Shown: positions 34,822-45,518 of the stretch, piece by piece | How the letters are laid out: each line of letters begins with the position of its first letter | How positions within the stretch are numbered: the stretch's first letter is position 1 | NCBI GenBank assembly: GCA_907165135.1 | Contig: OU015567.1 | Span: 8,308,001-8,372,000, forward strand | Reading direction: 5' to 3' | Source of the DNA: Oikopleura dioica | Lineage: Eukaryota; Animalia; Chordata | Length of the DNA stretch: 64,000 nt | The notes under the pieces: generated by a model | The model's input: only the letters and a program-made list of their open reading frames with translations | What the model was told of the DNA's origin: nothing | The model's database searches: none | Position numbers and translations under genes: made by a program

Positions 34822-37800
34822 TCACTCTGGCTTGACCATAATCTTTCTTGGCTCGGCTGTGAGGACGCAGTCGCCGACGCTGGCAGAAACCATGACCGAG
34901 GAGATCAGTTTACTCATGACGTTTTCGAGCATCTTTGCTTCCTCTGGAGTTGCTTCCTCAGCTAGAAATTATCATGAGAGGTTGGAGGAGGGTTGAGTCT
35001 TACATTTAGCGACGCTCAAGTTAGACTCGACCGAGTTTTGAGGAGTTGGAGGAGGCAAAAGATTTTATCCTCTTTCGCCTCCTCTTCCAGAGTCGAGAGA
35101 AGGTTCGTCATCAAGCTGGAGCGCTTGGGCGGCCAGATGGCGTTTTCGAATTGAGAGTAGTATGGAATCTTCTCGTCGCCAGTCAGGAAGAGTTGCTCTT
35201 GGACGGCTTCGTCATCCACAAGAGTTCTAAAAAGAGGCATGAGAATTTACTGTAGAAATTGTGCAATAAGAAGAATGTGAAGATAAAAGCCGCATGCGGT
35301 TTTGATAACTATAAGTGCGGCTACTTTTCAATGAGCTTTTAATTCTTACCTCAAAACGTTGCCGGTGATAGTTTTCAACAACGTAATTTCATCATTTGAA
35401 GCAGCGACCTTCTCGGTGATCTTTTTACTGATTTAGCGCCCTCTTCTGGTGCAGAAATGAAGAAATTGTTTCTGTTACCATTCGTCCTTTCCAAAACTGG
35501 CTGAGCTCGAAAGTACGCGCGGATACATTTAGCGGAAGCAAGTCTGGCTTTGGCGGGAGCGGTTTGTACCACACGTGTTCCTTGCGAGCACTGAAGAAAA
35601 AAGGGTTGAATAAAGGGATTTGAGGCGCCCGTGAGAAAGTGTGAAGATTGACTTACGGTCGACCACGGGAGTACATTCCACGCCGGCGTGTTTCAATCAC
35701 TCTGGGCGAGATTGGAGGTAATGTTTTGTAAGGTGTCACAGGCCGCGATGGGGATTCTTCTGCAGAATCGATCAGTTTCACCTGAGTTTTTTCGTCATAA
35801 AATCAGGTGGAAAAGCGATGAAAAATACCTGTTTAGGTCGAAGATGTCGATCTGTAATGGTAAACTCTTCCTCTTGTCGCTTCTTTTCCATATTCCACGC
35901 GTGTAGATTCGCTAAGTACGTGATTTGATCCGATTCCGAAGTGATTTCGCAGTGAAGATCGACATTGTGCACGGCGCTACCACCAGCGCTGGGAGCTTTG
36001 AATTCGATGACGACTGTTTTTTGAGCGCTTCCTTCGATTTTTCCTTTGCATGGGACGACGGAAGTGGATTCGGTCAAGCCCGCCCAGTTGAAGAAAACCG
36101 GCGCGTCTGATTGATTAGTGATGAAAACGAGTCGTCTTATCGGCGCATCTAGCGGTACTTCTCCAAGCCTTAGCCGGTCGATATTCATGCGACAGAGAGC
36201 TGATCTACTTTCGATGTTTCGTCCGTTGGTCAGGAAGCTCGTTTGGGCCTCCAGGTCGAGCAAGTTTTTAGCCGAATTCCGCGGATCAACGCCACTTCCT
36301 TTGATGCATAGTTCTTGGGTGAGCCCGCGCCCGAGATCCATTTTCAGGGTCACTTTGGGGAGGATTCTAATTATGCTTATGATACTTAGTCATTCTTGGA
36401 CAAATTTGATATTCGATACGTTGGACGATTAGAAATCCTTTCCTGAATATTCCTTGGCTTCGAGTGGAGCGAATCTGACTTTGACGATTCCAGTAGAATG
36501 CGGCTCAATACTGCCCTTTGGAGTTATGATCTGGAAGATTGGCCAGTCCCAGTTTTCAGCCTTCGTCGTTTCTAAAGGAGCAATATCGATAGCGTAGTTG
36601 ATTTTTTGATTGCTTCCATTGTACAATTCAACATCTTGGATCGGCGGGTGAATATCGTTCAGCTCGACCTCTTTTAGCGCGTTTTCTCCAAGTGGCAAGT
36701 GAATCTGAATGTCTTTCTTTGACAAAGTAGTTCCAGAAAGCCTCAATGGCAATTGTCGACCGCCGAAGATTGAAAGAATCACTGGAAGATGATGAGTTCC
36801 GACTAAATGATGGGCGTAATTCAGCCGGACCACGCAGCGCTCGTTTGGTGCAAGAGTTGCTGAACGGGGCTTGACTTGGAAAAGTCGGTTGTCTTCAACT
36901 TGAAGAATGTGCGTCTGACTATCAGAAAGTTCGTTCGCATCTGCCCAGCTTTCTAGCTCGAGTCGAAGATCGGCGGGAAAGAGGAACTTGAATTTCACGT
37001 CCGTTGTTCCAGGATTTACGAGCTCGAAGCGGGCACTGAAAGGATCTGCGTTGATTGTCGAGCTCCCGAGATTGACATCAATTGCTTCCAACTTTGTGTA
37101 ATCCGCATCTTCAAGGTCTTGAGCTAGAGGAGTGCTTCGAAGACGAGAGTCCATTTCAGCCACGCTGATCCATTTGTACAGAAGTTGTTTTGGAATCAAA
37201 TCAGAGCAGGAAACGTGAGTGATGCCAAGAAGCGGGTAGCAAACATCAGCAGTAACGTGGACGAGGAGACCCTTTTCAGTGCCGATGCTGTATTCGATGT
37301 CGAAGGTATATCTGCCATCCTTGGGACAATTGAGAATCAGGTAGAGATTCTGACTGCAGCGGGGTTCCAGATACAGCTCGGTGACAACTTTATTGTTGTC
37401 CTCGATGATCATGTGACTAGATGAACATTCCTCGCCATTCAGTGTCATTTTTGTGGACAAGGCCACGCGGACAGCGCAGTTTGATTGATTGAGAAGTTTG
37501 ACTTTCTTCTCGGCCCGGCAGTTTACCTTTCAAAAGCTCACAAAATTGCTTCCACATACCGGCAAATGCTTAGGCTAGCAAAATCGCCGGTTTGGCAAAA
37601 CTGGACATGTCAGATAGTCACGGATATTTAGAGAGCTCATTCCTTTAGACTGCCAAAGTCGACAAACTTGCTCGATGGTTCTATAGCAGCTTGAAGTCCT
37701 TCAGAGATGACGCGCACGTGTGATGCGTGGACATCTTTGCGATTTGCCCAAAATTTCAGCTCGGGCTTGAGGAGATACTGTATCACCTTGGTCGGCGAAA

Positions 37801-40618
37801 ACGAAACCTCGAACTCTTGAGTTCCGAGCGGCTCGATGACGCCCATTTCTGGGCGAATCTTGATCTCGTTTCCGGGAAAGACCCACTGGTAATTGATGGG
37901 TAGCCGAGTATTGCTCTGGATTCTTGGTCCGGATTTTATAAATCACTATTTATTGAGGACTCAGAAAGTGATTAAATCCGTTCCTAAACATAGTGCATGA
38001 AGTGCCACTTAACATCGTTGGTTGAATATAAATGTCCTTTTCATAATCGAGAACAGGAGCTCCGCCAGGCGTTCGTACCGTCAGCGATTGATCATAACGC
38101 GCATCGCCGTTTAATTTCGCTGTGGCTTTCGCTATTGATGCTGGCGCTTGGGTCACCGTTCGGACCATGACGAGCTGGAACTCGATTTCTGATCGGACCT
38201 TTCCCACTTTGGGGTAGATTTGACAGTTGTCGCCGGAGAAGGAGTATAAAGCCGGCAGCGTGCTGCTATTATTCATGCATATTGTTCTATATGTCGGATA
38301 CGAGGTGAAGCTCGGATTCATAATGATATCTTCTGGAATTTCCACACTAGAAGTTATTTTAGTTTACTTATGGTGTTCCAACGTGGTCGAGTCTTACCTA
38401 GAAGGAAATGCTTCAGACTGCGGCGCAAAGGTATTGGCGGTGAGATTAACGGTGGCACACCAGCTCGGCGACACAAGATTCGTTTTCACTTCCGTGTAAT
38501 CCATCATATCCTTGAAGAAAGCGCTCAACTCCATTTCAGCTCCATACAACGATTGCTTTCCCTTGTTTTGTACGAATCGAGCGGTGAACATCGCTGATTT
38601 TCCAGGACGCAGATTCATTTTATTCGGGTAAACTGAAAAGCACGTTGTTTCGCTGTTGTACCACTGGGCGATGATATCGTCTTTTGTGTGATTCGTCACT
38701 TGGATCGGGTGAGAATTGATGCTTCCATCGGCCAAGCAGCTGCCGAAATCAATGGCGTAGGTGCTCAGGGAAATCGCGGGTACGGATTCAGTATCGTCCT
38801 CGAAGAATGTGGCGCATACATTGTCCGACGCGACTGGATAAGGTTCATCTTTCAGCCTAATCGCATCTTTGTCCTGAATCAAGTCGCCCGATTCTAGCAT
38901 CGCCTGTCGCTTAGCAAGGGGAATCTTTTCTGCATCAGCGGAGAATCGAAGTTGAAGCTGCTCGATCGACACATGCGCTGGCTTGATCAGATCTGTGTAG
39001 GCTGAGCCAGAGAGTTGGATAAACTGGGGTGGAGCGCCTTCGATGAAAATCGGGACTTTTCGATTGTATGGCGCGGGTTCCAATGGTTCGAAAGTGACGT
39101 TAATGTATTTGTGTTCCCCTTTCTTCAAAATTCCATGGCATGGTTCGAAAGACCAGACGCTGTTGGTTGAATCGCACATGAACTGGAATTTCGCCACGTT
39201 TCCGGAAGTATTATCCATGCGAATCGAGACATTGGGTTTTTCTCCAGTTCGGACTCGTCCAAAATCGATGATGCTTTCGCTGAATTCAAGTTTTGCTGGC
39301 AGCGAGCAGCCAGTGCACTCGACGGTGAGAGAACACATCTCTGGAAACTCGGCACAGGCGACTTGCAGCACGCGGCGGAAGTTGACATTCGAAGAGCAGT
39401 GCGGCTTAAACTTGATCGGCAAAATAGCGTGCTTGTGCGGCGCAATGGCGAGACTCTTCGCCAGACACTTGAATGGACTGGGAATGACGTCTCCATCGCG
39501 TTTGTCCGCGTCGAGTACCGACACGCGGGCCACAACATCGGACGAATTGTAGATCTTCACTTTGCGCTCGACTTCATCGCCGAAGTTTATGTTGCCAAAA
39601 TCGACCTTTAGAAAGAATCAACTAAAATTTCGATCGATCAATTAAACTTGAACACTCCAAATTAAAAAAAAAACGTAATTAACGTATTAATTAATTCAAT
39701 TTGATTCCTTTCCTTGGCAATTTTCGATTTCTTCTCGCCAGTTCCCACATGCAACTTCGGCCACATTGATGTCGCAAGGATATTCATCTTTCTTGAATAT
39801 TCAAGCTCAGGGCCAAAGAAGCATTCGCCAACGCCTTTGTATTCAGCAGCATAGTCCGATCGGAACGTGATGATGAACTCTTGGGTATCGCGCGGCTTGA
39901 CGATCCCTTCCGCTGGGTGAATATGGAAATTTTCGGGAAAGACTTCCCAGCGGAAAGGTGTCTCGACTGAAGAACGATTGTGAGCTTTGACGGTTTATTT
40001 TATTTCTCGATTTTGTAAGAAATAATCTTGGCGTTGACCAAAGATTAGATCGCTAACAAGATCCGAATTTCTTGTTGAAAAATAAACCTTTCCTAGAAAC
40101 TTCTCTGATCGATGTTCTTTCACTGGAGTTGGCGTGAACTTGAGCGTATCAGGAAATTGAAATCGCGGCACTTGAAGTCTCGCTTCCAATCTGATCTCAT
40201 AAGAGCCATCTTTGGTCTCGATCCGGACGAAATCGCTGTAAGGAACGAGTTCAGAAGGGCGGAAGACGATCGGCAATTCTTTCGAGCTTCCTGGGGCCAT
40301 TTCGAATTTCTCAGCGCCATAGGGGGAGGAAAAGTTGCGGCTGGTTGGAGGAGTGAATTTTATCTGAAGGCAAATTAGAGAAAGAAGGAGAAAAAGGGTT
40401 TTTACCTTCAAGAGAGTGAGGGATTTGTTGTGAAGCGTAACGTTCTTGACGTATTTCTGAGCTGGTTTCCAATCGCCGGACCAGATTACTTCGACCGGTC
40501 CATCCAGCTCCCTTCCAAGATTGTTCCTTTTTCGTCGCTGGTGAGGCGGTTTTACGGTCACCATCGACAAATTGGAAGAAGTCAAACGAGATGTAGAGAA
40601 TGGCGGCGCTTTTATCAT
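34822..40618 (-). CDS. CFAP65: Cilia- and flagella-associated protein 65 (CCDC108), many exons
   Basis: N-terminal VIWSGDWKPAQKYVKNVTLHNKSL...APGSSKELPIVFRP. Repeated ASH/MSP Ig-like units (VDFGNI, IDFGRV, IDFGSC, WSFEPCHGILKKG, FQIITPKGSIEPHSTG, YPTYRTICMNN). C-terminal DEKIPYYSQF and VGDCVLTAEPRKI. All match CFAP65 as I recall it. Confidence 0.9.
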
Positions 40619-42199
40619 CTTTTATTGCATTCTGAAAAAGCAATCGATCGAAAAGCCCACGAAATTCAATAAAAAATCATGTTTTTACCTTACTTGGAAA
40701 AGAACTGGACAGAAACTGACCATTTCTCGGATAAATTTATAAAAAATAAGCATTGTTCTAGAAACGCGGAAAATTTAAGGCAAACTTACCAATATTTTTC
40801 GGGGGTCGGACTTCCTGAAGAAATCAAAAGACGATTTCTGCCTCTTTCTCTGAAACACGCCTGCAGGCAAAACAGAATCTAAGTTCTAGAAACAATTCCT
40901 TTATTATCAAATTCTCATCCTTTTATTTGATGATTTTTTTTCTCTTTTATGATTTTAAAATTTCTTTCTCGTCGCTCCTAGCAACCGGGAGTCGTGCGTC
41001 ACTGACTACACTTCAGATAAAGCTTTTTCCCATTTTTAATAAACAAATCGCTATCTATGGCAATTTTTTCAGCATAAATTACAAACAAAGGGAGTTATTA
41101 AGTTTATTATCATTTTCAAGAGATTTATTGTTTGCGCGTGTGAAGAGTGTCTGAATGTAACTTTTGATTCATTTTAAATTTTATAATTATAATTGCATTT
41201 TGACACATAAAATAAAACGATTATGGAAATCATCATTTTTGTTTTTGACAGTCATTTTATGTAGAACATAATTTACGGAGTTTTGAATAAATTTCAGAAC
41301 GCTGGTCTATCCATTTCAAAACTTCATTTCAAAATTCAAAATAATTTTTCTTCACTTGAAGATATTATTTTCGCTGAGGATCGTTATTTATACAAACCAG
41401 CAGCTGGTCGTCGCAGATGGTGGCCACTACCCAGCAGGCCTTGTGAAATTTATCAAGATTAATTTGGTTCATTCCAATTTCAAGCTACAATGCGCATATT
41501 TTCGATCGAAAAGGGGCGGAAATCCACTGACAGTTAACATGATCCGTTCTGGTTTCCATTGATCTGGTGGCACGTTTTGCGAAATCTACGGAAGCGGTTG
41601 GACAGAAAGCCGTGTTTTCGCATTTCCTAGCTTAGGCATATCCGATATTTTGCAGCTGCTGAGCTGCATTAGTGTTTTCTAGAACGTGAGCCCAAAACAT
41701 ACACAATCTCGCGCTCAAAGAGTTAGTTTTGTAGTTTTCGCCTGTGAAAGTCAAAATTTTGACTAGCGCGGCGAGTTGAAAAAAAGGAGCCTCAAGAAAA
41801 TATCAAAAAAAACATGTCTAGTTTTAAATACGAATACATTGAAGATTTCATAAAGAATCCACGCTTCAGGATTGTGCTCAATTTTCATTGTTTTCGGAAT
41901 TCGTAAATATTTCGTTGCGCGACTGTAGTGGTGTTTGGTATTACGGTTTTGTTCCGCGAGAAATTAGTGATAATAGTTCTTCGGTTATCGTCACTAGCGG
42001 TTAGTAATTCCGGGCTATGGAAAAATGACGAACGCCACGCTAACAAGTGGAAGCCGGAGAAGCTGCACCTAGTTTTCATTGAACACGGGTCGTTTATGGG
42101 AAACTACCGCGTTTCTCATTTCTGAATTCGGAGCCACAAGCAACTCCTCGGTTTTCAGCATGATTTTAATGTTGTAAATTGCCACGGAAGTGAGTTTAA

Positions 42200-42270
42200 G
42201 GGTGTCCACATCGATTGGATAAGGGTCCATCTTATGATCAGAAAAAATGCCAAAATCGATGTTGACACCC
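42200..42270. mobile_element. 71-bp Kolobok-like MITE (TTAA flanks, GG termini)
   Basis: TIR gggtgtccacatcgatt / aatcgatgttgacaccc (16/17). TTAA at 42196-42199 and 42271-42274. Confidence 0.75.
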
Positions 42271-42274
42271 TTAA

Positions 42275-42797
42275 CCTTAGCCCGCCAAGGTACACCACAA
42301 CTCGGGAATCGTTCATGTTTCTGCTCACTGCGCTGAACATTGACAATTTTTTCGAAAACTGAGGATACGCTGAGACGGTTTGATCGATTATCTATCGATG
42401 TTTGGATCTTCAACCAGTTTCTGATAGACCTTAGCGTCGGAGACCCTTATTTTTGCAAAAAGTCGATGCACCATATATGGTGTCGAGCTACAATTGTTGG
42501 TGCACCATATATGGTGTTTTTGGCGGGTACCCCAGCTTTTTCCCAGCGATTTTGCCGAAAGTTAACCCTGGTCATCTTCTCTGATCCTCAATTTTTAAAT
42601 TCCAGTGAGTGAGTTTTTGTATGAATCAACTCTAGAATCATCATGGGACCACTTAAATGCACCAAAAAATATTTTCTAACAAAGACTTTCAATAAAATCA
42701 TGAGAAACCAAATATGGTGTCGAGCTACAATGGAGGATGCACCATATATGGTGTTCTTGGCGGGTACCCCAGAAAATCCACTTTTGGCGGGCTAAGG
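42275..42797. mobile_element. piggyBac-like MITE (523 bp)
   Basis: TIR ccttagcccgccaa / ttggcgggctaagg. TTAA at 42271-42274 and 42798-42801. Internal direct repeat ...atatggtgtcgagctacaat...gcaccatatatggtg..ttggcgggtaccc at about 42468 and 42710. Confidence 0.85.
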
Positions 42798-43822
42798 TTA
42801 AGTCCCGACTTACCGGTCAAAAGCTACCGTACTGGGGTTTAATAAACATTTTAGACTGAAAATATGCATACTTTTTTTAACGACAATAGACTACTTTTCT
42901 TTAGTAAACAAGTCTTTTTGATAAATATTTAAACGACCGCTCACAAAAGCAAATCCGCTTAGCTGTGCGCTTTGTATTTCCCCTCTTCCGAACTCCCGAT
43001 TCCCGAAAATGTCGATTCTCGCTAAAAACGTAACTGCCGGAATTGTCAGTGTCGGAAGACTATTTTCCTTTAGAAAATTCCTTGTTCAAGAAAGAATGTG
43101 CTCTTCGGTCAGAAACGCGCCCAAACAAAAACAAGTTTTTACTTATGCCTTTTTTGAGCTACTTTTGGAATTAAGGTTGCATAAAGAATTCAACGCCGGA
43201 ATTCGCTTTTTGCTCAAAATAGAATATTTTAGTTTAGGCAGAAACACGAGTTTTTTTAGAAATTCAAAAAGTTTGATGCAACAAATGTTTTATTGAATAA
43301 TTTTTGGTCGAGCAATTAGCTCATTTTCAATCATTGAGTTGTCGAAATTCAACAATGAGTTCGTAGATGATAGATTCGGTGGTTCTAATTCGAGCCGTAA
43401 ATGTTTAGACAAGTGCCGTCACCTTGAACATTAACTTCAAATAATTATGATTCGCGGTTTCAAGAATCCCGGATCGCGCCAATTAACTGTTGCTTCTTAG
43501 AAAACGAGCGCCGATTTGCATAGATTATCGGCTCTTTCCTCGATTCCTGTTCAGTTGAAATCCGAATTTTTTTTTTGCTGAAATAACGGTATTGGAGATA
43601 TTAAATTTGAATAATTCATTCGTGGATAACAAGTAAAACATATAACAAATTTTTCGATAGAAACCGTTTTTTAAACAAAACTACTAGTATCAACTGGCAA
43701 GCAAATTACTTTGTTTCTAATAATCCTTTCCAAATATTCGTGTCTGAATTCGCGGTAGACAGGCGTCAAAAACCACGTGTGCTCAAATCTACGTTTCTTT
43801 CTTTTTGCGCGTCCTTTAGAAC

Positions 43823-44688
43823 ATGAATAGCTCATTCTCGCGATATGCAGCCACCGAGGGAGATAGTAAATTCATGACTCATGACTCAAAGAATTTTAGA
43901 ACTGAAATATGAAGAGAGCACTTTTAAAGATTCCAGCCCCCATCTGACCCGACATTTTCCACCACGAGCAGACGAAGAACTGGCGAAGACGCTGATGAAA
44001 TCAATGTTTTCGCGATTGACTGCGAAATGGTCCGGTAAGGCGCTAGAATTTTCTAAAACACACACTCGTTCCCTCATATCATAATAAACGCCTGATAATA
44101 TATAGATTTTAAAGTCGAACGTGATAATTTTTCATGAATGTCGATTTTTCAATAGAAACCGATTTTCTCGTCGAAAATGAACTGAAAAGCCGGGTTGAAC
44201 TATTTTGGAAACTATGCGGGTTGACAACAAATTGCCCGGAATTGCCGAAATCAGAGCGGTAACATAATTATTAGAACCCGAAAGCGACAGGAATTGGCGC
44301 GGGTGTCGTTGGTGAACGAAGATGAAGAGGTCGTTGTGGACATGTTCGTCAAGCCGCGTTCGAAAGTGATCGATTACCAGACCAAGTACTCCGGCATCAC
44401 CCCGCAGCTCCTCGAAAACTGCACCAACGATCTCAACTCGGCGACGAAGACCATCAGGAATTTTGTCAAGGCAAAGGATATTCTCGTTGGCCACGATATC
44501 AAGAATGATTTGAAGGAACACAGGGGCGCATAAGTTTTTTATTCGAAGAATTCATGAATCATTCTTTTTCTAAAGAAAACGCGCGGCTGAATATAGAAAA
44601 TCTGGTAGAACTTGACAGTGCGCAAATAGGATTTGAATATGCAACCCTGTTCTTGAGTCGCTGCGTTTGAATCACAACAACTGCATTG
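43823..44688 (+). CDS. DEDDh RNA exonuclease (REXO1/REX4-like domain), apparently C-terminally truncated
   Basis: ExoI exon FAIDCEMVR (to 44034) joins TRKRQELARVSLVNEDEEVVVDMFVKPRSKVIDYQTKYSGIT...ILVGHDIKNDLK, then SLRLNHNNCI. No ExoIII H..D motif found downstream. Confidence 0.8.
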
Positions 44689-44759
44689 GTAAGTAGTTTC
44701 CAAAAGAGCATTAGAGAAAGCCCCTTCCCGAGATTAACGCGTTTTTGAATTGTTCCTAA

Positions 44760-45148
44760 TCACAAGTTGGGAATCAGAATAAGGCTGCTTAGAGTGACTT
44801 GGTCTTTTCTTGCTTGGCGGAAGTGGTTTTTGATGACCCAGCAATTTTGGATTCTCAATAGGGTTGACGGTCTTAACTCTTCTGTAAAAGCTGGTCTTTT
44901 CAAGGCTTTTAGACTTTCCTCTTTCTTTTTTTTAGAAGTCAGGATGCCTAACAGAGCTAGAATCACAGTAGAATTGAACGATTCTGTCTCCTCATTCTTT
45001 CTAAAGCTCTCTGACTTCCTGTCATACAAAATACCGCGGTGCAGCGCAGAACAGATCGATAGTAGGAATCTAAATTGCTAAGCCCCGAACAGGCTCTCGC
45101 GTTTTGCATCAATTCATAACTCTCTTCCGGAATTATTGTTGACAGCAA
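44760..45148 (-). CDS. Hypothetical gene convergent with the exonuclease
   Basis: Open segments STIIPEESYELMQNARACSGLSNLDSYYRSVLRC... and KKEESLKALKRPAFTEELRPSTLLRIQNCWVIKNHF...IPNL*. No family recognised. Confidence 0.4.
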
Positions 45149-45518
45149 ACTCGACCACCTCTTTTAGAAAGAGAGAAAGAAACGTATTCGAGAAAATGTG
45201 TATGCATTTACGACTATCTGTTATCAAAATACAAACGATGCAGAAGAGCTAATTGAGAGGACTCCTCTCAGAAAATGAGGCACAAGTTTTCAAATAAACC
45301 ATCTTTTTTCGATTCTTGGAAAGATGATGAAATTGGCAAAAAGGAATAATCTTCCTGGGCAAAGATTGAAATGCAACGTTTTTTCTAATCTATTAACATA
45401 AGGGTATCACATCGGCAAATGGAACCTAATCGATGTTTTTCGATATCAGAGCATATTTTATTGCTTGTATGCCATAAACCCTAGTGGCTTCTGTAACAAA
45501 AGAGGATGATTAAAAAAA

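Noticed and set aside
35046-40672. Many plus-strand ORFs of 60-170 aa overlapping CFAP65, and similar ones over CIC
   Set aside because: Antisense shadows of GC-richer coding exons, with no motifs or independent splice structure.
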